NCBI RefSeq assembly: GCF_947568905.1
Contig: NC_079168.1
Coordinates: 72,788,001 to 72,852,000, forward strand
Source of the DNA: Ostrea edulis
Taxonomy: Eukaryota
DNA: 64,000 nt
Direction of reading: 5' to 3'
The translations under genes and the position numbers were made by a program. Of this stretch, positions 11,140 through 25,784 are shown piece after piece. Below the pieces are notes generated by a model, which ran no database searches, was not told the DNA's origin, and saw only the letters and a program-made list of their open reading frames with translations. Position 1 is the first letter of the stretch. Every line of letters starts with the position of its first letter.

Positions 11140-11863
11140 TTGGGAAAACACTTAAAAGATTCACCACTTACACGAATCAGTATTAAGATCCTAAAGTTAA
11201 TGTATAGCAGAGGATGTGAGTAACTTTTAGTTAGTTAGGTGATGATAAATGCAAATCTAAATGCTATATTAAGTAACACTCTTGCAGCAGAAGTGAGTCA
11301 AAAATAAGCTCACTATTATCCCTAGGGTTAGAACAGTGAGTTGTCGCAGTGCGTTTGCCTCATTAATTATTAAATCAATGATGAACACATGACTTGAGAA
11401 TTATAGCAAGCATAAATGCCATCCTTGGAAACCATTCACCTTCTGGTAGTATGATTGACAACACAGATGTAAAGTTTATACTTTATTGAATCAGAATCAA
11501 TGCAGAAAAACACTAAATACTAGCATATGGGGGTAAAGGCTGCATAGAAAATGTTTGTGTGGGAGGAGGGAAGCCGACCAGTGAGCCCAATTTAACTACT
11601 CACGTAGGGGACACCACTGGGACCTATGTCAGCATAGTTTCCCAGACCTGAACGGGTCACCACTTTCTAAGGTGGGAGGAGAGACACTGCCTTCTCGCCC
11701 GTCTCCTGCGTACTACCTGGTTTGTGGGAGTACGTACATGGCAAATGGGTAGTGCCGCCCTACCTTTGCCTGAAGCATGCACCAGCCTGTAGCATCCCGA
11801 CCCTTGATTAAGAAGTGGATGTGGTCCCAGCGATTGTGAAGCTGTGGACCCCACTTGTAAAAT

Positions 11864-11865
<2 letters not shown>

Positions 11866-11916
<51 letters not shown>

Positions 11917-12098
11917 AGATGACCAAGGTCACAAGGGCAAATATCTTGGTACCAGTAAAAAGATCTTGTCAAAAGAAATGCTCATGTATAATATGAAAGC
12001 TCTAATATTTACAATTTAGAAGTTATGACCAATGTAAAACAATTAAAAGTAGGTCAAATGTCAAGGTCAAAAGGTTTAATACCAACGGAAAGGTCTTG

Positions 12099-12134
<36 letters not shown>

Positions 12135-12192
12135 TCACTTACTATTCAAAAGGTATTAGCAAGGTTAAAGTTTCAGACAGAATGACAGAATT

Positions 12193-12229
<37 letters not shown>

Positions 12230-12260
12230 CCCCCAATCTTCGATCTCGGGGGCATAAAAA
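11866..12260 (+). mobile_element. Helentron/HINE-like non-autonomous Helitron
   Basis: Starts AACAAG, has a central repeat-derived segment and a GACAGAAT-type microsatellite, and ends in a 3' hairpin GCCCCC...GGGGGC. A second copy lies at 46697-47252. Confidence 0.8.
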
Positions 12261-15200
12261 TTAAACTACTTTTGGCTTTTAACCGTCACAATACAAAATA
12301 TTGCATATGATACACACCCTGCCTTAATGGCAGGTGGGAGGAGACACCAGGTTTGGGGACAGAAAGTCATAACCTGCCGCAACGGACTCCCCAGTCCCCC
12401 CCCCCCCCCCCCCGACAATGCGACAGGTTGGACAATAACCAGAATTACTTAAATTACTTGTTGTTTGAAAGAGTTTATTCTAAATTGGCCCTACTATACA
12501 AGAGACTTATCAATGTCCAATTGTTCACATTTCGTCTCAAGGCTGCTTGGAAATGCTCGCAGAGGTCTGCGTGAATGTATCCCAACACATCTGGAAAAGA
12601 AAAATCTAAGACAGCAGTAACTGTTACACAAAAGGAAAATATAACAATAACGCGATAAGATGGGGTGGGTGGGTAGTAAATAAGTGATGACTAGATGGTA
12701 TCCCTGAAAAGCAGGTGACCCACGAGTTACTTGCCCCTGATCATAGATAGAAAGATAAGTCGTACGTCGAATAATATTTCGTAAAGAAATGTGTTTACGA
12801 TGAAGAAGGCAAAGAAAATTGTTGGGATTTTTTATTAATTAAGATTACTAATTAAACCCTAAAAATAGTAAATAGCATCGATGCAGGTCACTTCCGGTGT
12901 TGCAGAAATTGATTAGTTTGTACCGATAACTCTCGCACTAGGCAGTAGAATTTTCCGATGTAAACACTGTGGCAATAATTTAATCCTGATTGTATCCATT
13001 GCAATAAAAAGCGATAGCAAAAGGTAAAGATAATGAGACAATGTTGCAATTAAGATTTTAAAATTGATAAAGAATATTTGCCGTCTAGTGGTGTCCATCC
13101 ATTCATGCTTAGGGCATTATTTTTAAATCTTATAATAATGACTTTTTAAAAAAGCTAATATGTATATACGGTATGACCGTTGGACTGAGCGAAGCATGGA
13201 ATGGTCATTGGCGTGTCCCAAGTGATAATTATAATTCCGTTAAGTACGGTAAATTATAATTCAATTTTAAAAAATTCATATTATTTATGAAATTCCCCTT
13301 GCGCTAAACGCTCAATAACATCTAAATATTAAAGGGGGATATATGAGGAATACTGCATGATCCGCCTATTCATTAAACGCAAGGAATATAACACCAGCCG
13401 ACGTAAACCGTGGATCATTGTAATGTCACATTTAGCCTCGATTTTTTTCTCTTTCAAATCAAACAATTATAAACAACAACAACACACCCCGTTTGAAATT
13501 CAAAGTGGTAAAAAAGTAAGCGTAACTATATCGTATATTTTTATTTAAAGAAACTCTTGAACTCGTTCATCTATTTAGTCGTATTGCTGGTTTTCTATTT
13601 GATGATTCAGATTGGCTAAAAACTGTAACAATAATAATTATACTATTCATTCTTGACAAATTGAGTGTTTGAATTACAAATTGCACGTCAGTCTTGTATT
13701 TTTTGGTATTCAAAATTAAAACACGAGTAACAGTAGAAGCAACTAATGAACAAAACAAAATGGCGGCGTCCATATGGATCATAAAAATTTCAGTGAACGT
13801 ATGTAGAGATTATCTTTATTCATTTGCTGATTTTCTCATTTTTTTCTTTTACATACGTGTTATACCTTTAGAGCCTTGCTTCGCGAACGGCTTGTCCGAG
13901 CTTCGCTCGGTATTATTAGTTGCGTACGGTATAGGCTCAAAATATGTTTCTCTGCATTCTTAATTGAATATTGATTTTGTAAAACAAAATATCTTTGTTC
14001 CTGAAACTTTCGATTTTGCGATCATCAGATCAGTAGCAAGTTTTGTCTTTGTCATAACCATAAGTTTAGTAACGATTCAAATTCGATTTACTGAACATCT
14101 GATTCCTATTAACACCCTTACTTAGTAAACGATAACATTTCCCGATGCCAATAAATTGAAAAATTCAAGTCTGAATTATGTTTTAAACGGTCTTTAAAAA
14201 CACATAATCGTGTACCAATATACCCCAACAAAGACAGATAATCGTGAAAAAAACTTAGTTTTAGATTATGTAATCTAAAACCATTTCATGCATAAAATAA
14301 GATTATTCTTATTTAAATAGCAGTGCGTGTAAACCCCATGCAGCGGGTGCTTTATCGATAAAAAGGCTAGAAATGAATTTTTCAAACAATGTTTCCAAAT
14401 GCTCAAGTTTCACAATTTTAACTGTTGAGTGTCTATAGTGTAGTACGACATGCGAGCTATCGTTCTATATAACCGTGTTTCCCAATAAAACATATACTGA
14501 GAGCGTTGGAAAATTTCTGTCAATTATATTTAATCACAAATGGGATCAAACAAATTAATTATGACTTTCATTATATGAATACCCGCAATGCTATAACATA
14601 TCAGAAAAAATATCTGAAGGATTGTTTAGAATAAATCACTAATTACTAACCTTCCACATTGATGATTATTAATTGGGAAATAAATGATATCTTGGTCTCC
14701 TGGGTATAGGTGACAGAATATTTCATGCTCGGCGGTCAATATCACCAGGTATCTATCTGAATCCGTAAAGACAAATGTAATCAAGTAGAGCAAATATATA
14801 ACCATGTTTGTATTGAATACAAATGGAGAAGTTCATTGCCATCATACTTGATCGTAATTAGACGTGCTTCTGGAGCTCGCGGAGAGTTTGGGACATTGAT
14901 CAACGTCCCCACGGCATTTAACGGTTAATAAACATCACATATACATCAATTCAATGTTCACCGGGTGAAAAGATCACAAACAATGTACACAGCTACATGT
15001 ATATAAATAAATCCGACATTGGATATATATCATTCACCACTTACATACTGTAACTGAAAATCTGTTTTCAATATCGAAACTGCGCGAGATGAAAGTACTT
15101 CACTCCGGTGACTTCACCCCCCCCCCCTCTCTCCCTCTCTCTGTGTATGTGTTTTGTGTGTTCATGGGACTCCGGATATAATTTTTGCATGGGTGGATCC

Positions 15201-15812
15201 TGTCTTACCTTCGTGTAAATCTTGTACACTGCGATTTTATCGGTTCAAAATGTTTGAAATTCTTAATTCGGCTAATTTCACAAAACGTAGAAAAATTCGA
15301 GTCCGTGCTTCACATTTTCTGAACAATCTTTCATGCAAATACAGTATTTTATTTCTGGTAATGTCTGTAATGATGTAGAAAGCTATCGTTCTCAGATGTG
15401 GCTACCTGACCGCCGCCTTCGTATTGGTATCCGTTTAGGTGCTGTCTGTTTCTTTATTTTTCTTGGCCAAAAGACTTTATCTTCCTTGATCAGAAAAGTT
15501 TTGAATTGTCACGTTTAGGTATAGGAAGTCATGCTTGCCGTCCTAGATTTAGGATTCAATTCCCACCATATGTTGAGTGTTTTTCCACAAATCACGTACT
15601 TGTACACCTTAGCGTTACATGTACGTCCTTAGTAACAAGAAATGCTATTCTTCTTGCTGGTTGGTTGATTGCAATAAAACAGGTGGTGAGCTCGTTGATC
15701 TGTAATGGTTTTGTAACGTTCAGTGCATAAATACCCGCAATTTGGAACGTTTAAAGGATCGGGATCGTCATTTTCGTAGTTTCTCCCCCGCAAATCATAA
15801 GTCAAGATTCTG

Positions 15813-16258
15813 ATGTAAGGTGAAGATAACGAACAGCGATCAATCTCAATTCCCTTGAGGCAAACATGGATCCCTGAATATACCAGAGGTGGGATCAGAT
15901 GTCTAAGAGGAGTAAGCATCCCCTGTCGACCGGTCACCTCCGCCGTGATCAGGTAAACGGAGTAATCCATAGTCACATCATTGTGCCAAGAACGGTCTAA
16001 CACGTCAGACAGCATTTGCCCCAATGGTAGGTTGTATTGGCAAACTAGATCATTATAACGATCATATAATTTGCTAAATGATGACTTTAAACGAGACTGT
16101 TGAAACCATTGTAACATCAACTTGCTTGTCAGTAGCTTGCCTCGATTTAAAATCTGATCATACGCAGAACAAGTTCTTGCGTATCGAATCAGTTGAGAGA
16201 TATGCAGGTGATAATACAATATTGGTACATAAATATAGGAAGTTGACAAGCATATCAA
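15813..16258 (-). mobile_element. Penelope-like retroelement fragment
   Basis: ORF 15629-16258 contains ISQLIRYARTCSAYDQILNRGKLLTSKLMLQWFQQSRLKSSF; same family as 10590-11139. Confidence 0.75.
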
Positions 16259-17115
16259 TCACATACTATACACAACATTGAATTCGCTCCGGATTTTTTC
16301 ACTCTATATAAGTGATAGCCATAGGTACTTTTTTTATATAGCCGTTTTAGTTCACTTAGCAAAAATTGAGAAAATCAAAGTGATACAAAAGTTAAGTTGT
16401 ACATTTTAAAATTCATAGATCTCCAACTAGTTTTAGAAATGTCAATATATTGCCATTCAAACCTCCTTTCCTGTGGACTTTAAAAATGATGACTAGTACA
16501 GGAGTTAGTAGAATACGTCAAATATGAAGTCTAACCGAGGTATAGATTCTGCGGCACTGTAGTGAATCATTATTATGCATGTATCATGAATTCAAATATC
16601 AAGTTAAAGCTTTCGTGATAAGTTAACAATCATTATCTCTTTTGAACAAACTGGGATGCTAAACTGACATGTTTCTCTGTATGTCTAGTATAGGTAAATT
16701 AACTTTCATGAACAAGCATATTACTGCATGTGATACACTTGAGTGAGTTTTATTAGAAATTATACTTTTAATACATATGCATATGATACACTTGGGTGAG
16801 TTTTAGAACTAATCGTAGTGTTATAACATTAGTCCTTCGAGCTTCAACGGATTTGACCCGGTGACCATAACCCAGTAAAGTTTTTAAAAAAATCTCTCTC
16901 TTTTCTTCTTTCTAAAATGAACATACTAAATGCAAATCAGAATTTCAAATCATGCAGAACATATAGCTACACGTACTCCTAAAACTAAGGTAACGGCGAC
17001 AATAAAAATAAAACGAGTATATGGTTCATAAATCCACACATTGCACATTCTTTGCAGATACATACATATGTGAATATCGAGCATGGCAATAAACGTTTTG
17101 ATTTGAAGAAATGTC

Positions 17116-17211
17116 ACATAAACTGCTTTCTTTAAGTAAACAGCATTACATAAACGGCTTTCTTTAAGTAAACAGCATTACATAAACTGTTTTCTTTAAG
17201 TAAACAGCATT
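17116..17211. repeat. 32-bp tandem repeat, 3 copies
   Basis: ACATAAACTGCTTTCTTTAAGTAAACAGCATT at 17116, 17148 and 17180. Confidence 0.9.
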
Positions 17212-20200
17212 GTAAATGATTGTTAATGACACGTTTTCGATTCACGCCCATGTGATGAGAGAACACCGGGAAGTTTTCGGTGTTTGTATTTACAGAAAAT
17301 GTGCAAATTTTGTATATTCTATTTATAATTACATAAGAGTTATTAATAACTGACGTACATTTATCTTACTGCCATGATCACCACAAAAACCTTATGCTTA
17401 TTTTTTCTTCTATTTTTGAATCTTCATCAAAAACAAATCTAATAGATATTTTACTTATGCTTTTGTGTGTGTGTAAAATACAAATTGGTTTCAAGTAACA
17501 GAATGCATTATCTAACCATTTATTTCAAGAAATTCTAGTCTCTGAGTTTGTTAATTCATTTAAAGTTATCATTACGAGCTAACGCGATAGTTTATACGAA
17601 ACCCTTACTTCTACCAAATGTTACCCGTATTTTGAAACAAGTGCACATTCCAAAATATATCTTCAATATCCGGTTTCTAAGTAAAATGTACGAATTCTTA
17701 CAATACAAGCAAGAAAATATCCATATGTTGGTAGTTGTTTATACAGATGATATATCTGGGAGATGGTTGTTTTTTGTAATAATTCTCTGGGAGATCAGGA
17801 ATATCAGTATACTAGTCAGTTCTCAATAATCCCTTCTTCACCGGGCGTTTTCTCTCCCACACACAGAGAACATTTGAATTATACATGTATAGATAAAGTT
17901 GTACAGTATACTTTGACTATAACATCCTTGAAAAATAAATGAAGACTGATAATTATCGTGATTGTATTAGCAAAACGTTGCAGAACGGATATATCGGTAA
18001 AATCTGGGACAAAATACTATTGCAAAGTAGTCAAGTACAACTGCAATAGTGGCCATTTTCTTGAATGATGTACATTGCGAAAAATAACTTGACGTCTCAG
18101 CTGTCTTTCCTTTGTAATATGAATTGAAAGTAATTATTCTTTATTTCTTTCCAACGGAAAATAGAAATATCCCACCCATAATCACAAAACAAAGAAAAAG
18201 TATCATTGCGCCCATATCTAGCGTTAAAAATAAGGGGGTGATAGTTAACTATGAATGTACGATGACTGCAAACTGTATGATTGAATTTTAGAGTCATGTA
18301 CCGGCGCATGCGCTTAACGTGTAGTACTTAATGTAACAATCCAGTCATATACCTCTCCTTTTTTTCCGAAAACATGGAGTCAATTGTACTGCGAAACCTT
18401 TTTAACTCCGAATAAAGTAAAATTATATTCTTTATCATGCACAGAAAATCGAATTTAAACTGTCTAATGAGCATGTTTTATCGGAATTTGTTGAAATAAT
18501 GGTTTAAACAGGATTGTTCCTTTATTTATGACGCAATAGTTAATTTTTTTTAGGACGTTTGGTGTTTACATATCTCCATTACACACTTCTGATGAGTGAA
18601 ATTACTTTTAATCATTTATTACAAATTGCATCACGAAATCCCTAATATTGATAACTTTACACTCAGTAAATAAAGATAATTCACAGCAGCATTTGTTAAC
18701 AGCAAATAAACTAATTCAGAAGACACGGCGAAACCATTAGTCGTGTATTAATTTCAATGATGATCACGTGCGTGTATAAGGCCAATCCACATCAGGCTAG
18801 TCCTGAAAATTAGGAGAAAATGTAGTGCTGTTGAACATCATCTCTGTATCTCTGTATACCATTGCATTATGGTGATGAGATCCAATCAATTGAATTGTTG
18901 GACATCGTGTCATACAGAGTATACAAATTGTCATACCTTTGAGATAATGGCTGGGTGGAAAGAACCATAGGTCTTGAGTTCGTATCCGGTCTCACGTTTA
19001 GATTTCGAAACTCGTGAAAATTATGTAAACTGATAAAATAAATGTGTACATGTAAAACTATCATTGCTTAATGTTCGTAAACATGCTTTCCCCCCAAATT
19101 TGCAACCTTTTGTATTACAACAAACGGCAGTGGATTGGCAACTCCGTATTCATGGTACAATTGTAAAAAAAAAAACACCAAAAAAAACTCCCAAAAAACT
19201 TTTGAAGGGTAAATGTTTATTATCGCATTGTTTCCACAGGATTTGATATCATATATGTAATTACAAGTACATCTTGATAAACTGAGTCACCGACATATCT
19301 CAATGACCTCATGGGGTGTGACAGCCACGTGAACTCCGAAGGAAAGGTGCGAGCTAACGCGACGTCCATTCTCATCCTATTCCGATAGTTGCAGCAAAAG
19401 AATTAACACTGATTAAGTCTTGCAGAGATTATTTGGCTTTTCGAGCACTTTTCAAGTATACCATTTTAGCGAATTGCATGTATATATTCTGCACACTATA
19501 CAGCATTATAAAAATGCCACTGGCGCTGAAGTCGATTACTTATAGCTGTCGGAATTTTTATTATAAGCTTACTGGATCCGGTCAACCGGTTATTTCAATA
19601 TACACGTACGTTCTCCCTGCGATTAATCTGGGCACTGGACAGTTCGGGGTCTCATCCCACTGCAGTTATATATTTTACCAGTTCTTTCCCAACAATTTCA
19701 CGACTTTTACCACAATCAATATTGTTTATCAACAATTTAGCTAATAACAATTAACATCATCTCATTTTCATTGGCTTACATGATAGGGTTGTCGTCTGCG
19801 TGAGGGTAAATCGATTGTTTCCTGTAACGAAATCTTTCCTCTGGAATTAAGATTTGTACGTAGTGAATATCATTAGTCTACACTGTGATACTGTGGTGTT
19901 CATTGCGGATACTCTTCATATACTATTTCGTTCCTTTTTCCCCCACTTTGAAATTATCTCGTGCGTGGAGACCTGGGCAAGCGCCAAAGGGTGAAAAGAT
20001 ACTGCCGACAAGCTGATCACCTAAATGTTTATCACTGTCTAAGATCGTTGATTTCATATATAAAAAAAACCAACTTTCGATGGTGTTGAAGCTGTTGTTA
20101 CTATCTCATACTGTCCAAAATGATAGACAATTATACGCTGTGCATTGACCATTGCAGAATTACCTGCGATTTGTGCTACCAAAGTTCCTTTAGATGGCGA

Positions 20201-22125
20201 TAGGAAAAAATTCTTAAATGAGGTAGGTTAATGATTTTTATATGAATTAAAAGTGTATATAGTTACAGCAATCTGCTAATGTGGCAACTGTGTATCTACT
20301 AATGGCTTACCATTATGGGCATTAAATTTACTTAGTATAATACACATTAGAGTTTCCGAGTGTTTTAGTAAATCAAAAGTAAAATCCCGGTAACCCATAT
20401 CTATTAAAGTAAGCCTATATTGGATCCATCAGACATTTTTATTTTACGAAGGCCAACGGCGAAATGGTACCTGTACTTGCTAACTGAGCTGGCGAAGCAG
20501 CAATCTCGAATCTGAGACACCCATTCAAAAATCAGTAAATCTTATCAATGCTATTTCTGCTGAAGTGAATTAGACAGATTAAAAATAGACGAAATCATGG
20601 GTGAATTTTCTTAGTAACATATTTTTATTGCAGGAATCAAATTCATGAAAATCCCATCAATATGCGCACAATATACAGAGAATAATGCATTAACTAATTA
20701 TGAAATTGAGTGAATACAGTGACCTTTACTGACCAGTCGATAACTAGCTGGCCTTGCTAACGAGAAACAATGATATCACTAATTAGAAGGAGACACTAGT
20801 TTCCATATTGATTAAACACTGATCTAAAAAAAATAATTGTAAACTCAAAATTATCTTCAATCGACAAGGTAGAAAGTTAAAGTTTATTGTAATTCGCATA
20901 TTCATATCCATTTCAGTTAGGGTCTTTGTTCCTGAAGATTTTAAAAATTAATTTAGAACACTCAAATCAAAGCGTTCGTTTAAATCATGAAAATTTGTTC
21001 TTGAATAATAAGAGGTGGGAAGGTCTGATTAAAATTCACCGTTTTGCAACTTTTTGTCGTGAGTGAACTATTTATCCAATTTAATTCGCTTGAACATTAG
21101 GATCTTGGTCATTTGACAGTCGTTCACGGAAAGTGATATTAATCGTTGCGTCATATTTGGTTACACTAGACGATGATCAACGACCACAGTCCACAGTAAG
21201 TACAAATCGGTCACAGTTCGACAATATACACATGTAAATAGGCCTGGCGACCTCTTGATATGAATGAAATATTCTCACTGCGACGTGAAACCGCTTACAA
21301 TCAACCATTTCCGATAAAAATCTTGTCCGATTTGCAAATCCGCAAACAGTAATAAAGCAATAAGACAACAAATATATTTCTGAATCCTGTATAACACCAA
21401 AACTAATGAAATTCTGTTCGCTTCCTGTTATGTTATCGTTTATTACCGGTCATTAGGTCGAATTGTCTGCGCGGCCAGTTTATGGTGCGATATTTCCATG
21501 TCTAGGAAACAATCGGAAGATTAATTTTTAATGCGAATTCGGGTGCTGTGATCCACAGAATTATTTAGATAAAATGGAATGTGAATGGCGTTTAATGAGA
21601 TATTAATATTGCAAAATCGACAGCCGTTTCCCCCGCTGCATCAGATTCATTCAGATAGCGGGCAATCGGTGTAAATATTTAAAGCGCGGGATCCTAAACA
21701 TTCTGATTGCTTTATACTATAAGATGTACAGATATTTTGTTATGAGGAATTCGTTGAGGTAGTTTTTCCAGATAAATAATGATAGTTTGAGTAAATGTCG
21801 TATCGGTAGGTTTTCACGAAAAACCCGGATGTAAAATAGTTTCTGATTTGTTTCATTGCTGCTCGAGAGTAAAATGAGAATAAAAAATAATTAGCACTAC
21901 ATTTACTGTCGAACTTAGCAACAAAACTAACAGAAAGTCCATTACGTTACCATTTTAATGGTTTGGGAATCATTTTCGATGTTTCTGAGGTGTGACGAGT
22001 TTTATTACTCCAGAATAATCGCTTTCTATTTCTATTAACACTGGATTTGTATCGTTCAGGAAAATTTCATATGCGAGTAATACTACCATGTTAACGAATA
22101 TGATTCTTGATCTCAAAAGAAGTGC

Positions 22126-22447
22126 CAGGGCCGTAAATTACATGGAGGCGGAGGAGGCAGCTGCCTCCTCCAACTTTTGAGCCAAAAAAAATTAAAATTT
22201 AAAGTTCATTAGAATTTATGTTGTTTCCAATAACTAAGAACATGATACCTCCCTTAAAAAGCATTCCAAATCTTTCTTTTAGAATGAGTTAGTCAAGTAA
22301 CATCTTAGAAGGCCCTAGAATCAAGGATTTTGCACGAAACGTGTTCAGTGTGCACAAAATGTGCTCAGCGTCTGGGGGCCTGGGCGGCCCCTAGACCCCC
22401 GCCTAATTTCCTGCCTCCTCCAAATTGAAGGTTAATTTACGGCCCTG
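22126..22447. mobile_element. 322-bp MITE with TIR CAGGGCCGTAAATTA and a 5-bp TSD
   Basis: Terminal inverted repeats. AGTGC flanks both ends (22121-22125 and 22448-22452). Confidence 0.85.
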
Positions 22448-23809
22448 AGTGCACGCGGTGTAATACAGCGAGTTATACCGGAGTGAATCAAAAACCATCA
22501 GCGTCACTATCCGAATAATGCTCCGATAAAGAGAAATGATCACTTCGTTTATCGGATGTATGTCGGAATTTACAGAGAAAAGCGATGTTAACAGATATAT
22601 CTTTGTTTTTAAAAGTATAACTGCCGATAATACACCGCTAACCGGTAACAGTTTTGAAAACAGATACGTTTTTACATCCTGTGACGTATCGAGGTGCCAG
22701 TGTGCGGAGAACAGGACATGAATTGTTGACTACTTTTGCACACCACAGAGTTTCCGTGACGAGGCTGGGTGGTCCATTCCAGAATACACATGTATATCAC
22801 ACATATGCAGTCAATAGCTGTAGGTGAAGTGCCGACTTTTGACCTAGCTCAAGGTCATAGCAGTTAGTGTTCCTGATATCATACCAGTTTGTGAGGACAC
22901 TGGGAAAGGCCCGCAATTTTCACTTTCAGTGCTAGGCGCTTGGCAAAGGAACAGTCACTAAACAAGGATGAAAGATTTAGCTAAGTTATACAATGAAGTT
23001 GCACAATAACATTGCGTACATGGTGGGGATGCCCCTCACTCTCCCCGCACAAAGAACTCAAGATGAACAGTGGTTACCCAACGGACTAAATGTTCAAGAT
23101 GAAATACAATGAGATACAGATTTATAACATGGGTAGATGCGGAACTTTCCTCGCTTTCGCTGAATGCAAGAAAGTGAAATCTCTTTTAAAACATGTTTAC
23201 ATTGTTGACTGTAATGACATTACATTGAAATCTCATTTGAGTTTAAACTTCAGTTTTATTTGACAATATCATATCAATATTTGCAACCAGTTTTGCGCCA
23301 TATCTTTTAATTTTACGCCGAAATGAAGTATTTTAACCTTTCTTGACTTACCGATTTTGTGATTCTTTTGATGGCGTGTCTTGGAATGACATAATACGGA
23401 ATCGCTCTGTTTACAGAAAGGTAATGAATACATGTAGGTTACGAAAATATGCATATTTAAAAGTATGTTATATTAAATCCTCTTGCCGTTGTACATTTAT
23501 GACGTTTTACACCCAACCGCTAAAATCGTCATCACAATGCTGGCATCGAGTAAATGAAACGTTTTCTGATAAAGAGCCTTTGTTGCATCATGCGCACTTA
23601 TATAATGAGGAACATTAAATATTGAGAGTCATTGACATGAAAAATATATTTAGTTAAGGGAAACAGAGAATCAGTCTTCTAAAAAAAAATAATAGAACCT
23701 CGTACCTAAGTTCGTTTGAAATGAAGGAATTTGTGATGTATTTTTAACGAATACTGGATAATGACATTCCAGGCGCCGGGGCCATCTCGTTCTTGATATT
23801 GACATCAGT

Positions 23810-23815
<6 letters not shown>

Positions 23816-23865
<50 letters not shown>
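23816..23865. repeat. (TC)n microsatellite
   Basis: About 25 TC units. Confidence 0.98.
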
Positions 23866-23868
<3 letters not shown>

Positions 23869-24730
23869 CCTTGCCTTATGTCTATGTCATGTTGAATATG
23901 ATTATACATGTTTTTGTACAAATTATTTCATGTATATACGTTAAATCTATGAATTGTATGGTTCATGGTAATAAATAATACGATACACGTAAAATAAAAG
24001 TGCGTCACTTATAACAAGAGTGATACTCGGGAAGTTAATAAGAAAGGAAGAGTACACATGAAGTCCATTTTAAGTCTGTAGGCTCCGGACCATTCGATCC
24101 TAATTTCACTTTAGTGATACTTAAAAGGGAACATATGTCTAAAAACTGAAACTGATTCATGTATTAGATTGAATTTAAGGTAGATATACATTGTATATAA
24201 ATTTCAAGTTCACAGTCTTAATCAAATTTCGGTGGACTGTTATTATATCGGAAAGACCTGTAGTTAATTCATTTCATTCAAATTTTATTAGATCACATGA
24301 TTATTAGATAAAAGCACACACGTGCACATATTTGGTAAGATAACTCAATAAAATGATTTACAACTCGTTAGTTTATCAGTCAGCTTCTGTGATTGTATTC
24401 TTTTGCACTTTCTTTCAAATGATGAAACAAAAAGATAATTGGAATGCAATGAGCCATAGAACAAGCAACGATTATTAAAATCATTTTCACCTGACAAACA
24501 TTGTAATAATAGACCAAATAAGCACTCAGTTTGGATAACTACAACCCCTTACGGCTTTTTAGTTTAGATATTCTATAATGATGTCTGTTAACGTTGATAA
24601 GACTTCACTATTTAGTCATGTGGGTTTAATTTTCGTCGTTTTGAAGGATGTACATTTCATGAATTTCTTGAACAAAAGAAAGAGCTACCAGTAAGCATTG
24701 AACCCCACATACACTTTATCAAATTCTGTA

Positions 24731-24925
24731 CCAAATCAATACCCCACAAACACGCTATTTAAATCCTTCACCAAATCAATACCCCACAAACACGCTATTT
24801 AAATCCTTCACCAAATCAATACCCCACAAACACGCTATTTAAATCCTTCACCAAATCGATACCCCACAAACACGCTATTTAAATCCTTGACAAAATCAAT
24901 ACCCCACAAACACGCTATTTAAATC
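24731..24925. repeat. 40-bp minisatellite, ~4.9 copies
   Basis: CCAAATCAATACCCCACAAACACGCTATTTAAATCCTTCA at a 40-bp period. Confidence 0.97.
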
Positions 24926-25553
24926 AAATTTGAAAGTGAATGATTCTCTTCTGTAGCTAAGGCCAACATGATATAATTAGAAGAGTGAAAAGTTTTACGT
25001 GAAAATCTGGAAGCAATAATTCTTATAAATGTTCTTTCTGTGTCCCCACATTCATCGAACCCATCAACTAGGATAATCCCAACATTCCAAACCTATTCCT
25101 GCGATTATCGCATTTTCCAGCTCATCAAGAGTTTTAAAAAAAATTCAATGCTGTTTGATGTTTTGGTACATAAAAAAACTACAATATAATGCATTTTTAG
25201 GTTTTATTTTTATACTGGCTAAATTGAGATACATTACGGAAAAGTCTGGGTCTCACCATTACACAGAAAAGGACGACGAAAATGGTAATTCTGCTGAATA
25301 CCCTCACCGTGTGTTTATGTAGGAGAGCAAAACACTGAACAAAATTTTAATGATTTAGAAAATATGTTCACTGTAATTGCAGAGTGTTGATGGAATGGGA
25401 ATACTGAAACGGCTGGTCACACACTAGTAGTCTATATAATGCCAGATACCTAGGGTGGAAATGCATTGCTTCTGATTGGCATCAGTGATGTGTTCTAGCA
25501 TTCTCTGATCTTGACAGGAAACATGCAAAATTTGAATTGCGGATATTCCTTGC

Positions 25554-25784
25554 GAAATTAGCATAGGAATCTGTGTCCCGCGAGGGCGGGCGGAATTAGC
25601 ATAGGAATCTGTGTCCCACGAGGGCGGGCGGAATTAGCATAGGAATCTGTGTCCAACGAAGGCGGGCGGAATTAGCATAGGAATCTGTGTCCCACGAGGG
25701 CGGGCGAAATTAGCATAGGAATCTGTGTCCCACGAGGGCGGGCGGAATTAGCATAGGAATCTGTGTCCCACGAGGGCGGGCGGA
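25554..25784. repeat. 38-bp GC-rich minisatellite, 6 copies
   Basis: GGAATTAGCATAGGAATCTGTGTCCCACGAGGGCGGGC at a 38-bp period. Confidence 0.97.

Noticed and set aside
11640-11860. GC-richer stretch with overlapping short ORFs
   Set aside because: No recognisable motif, and part of the ORFs run into the adjacent Helentron-like element.
13185-13910. Short inverted motif GAGCGAAGC / GCTTCGCTC suggesting another Crypton-like element
   Set aside because: Only 9 bp of pairing, and the boundaries cannot be defined.
18586-18606. CTGATGAGTGAAA hammerhead-like core
   Set aside because: No stem II and no pairing for stem I or stem III.
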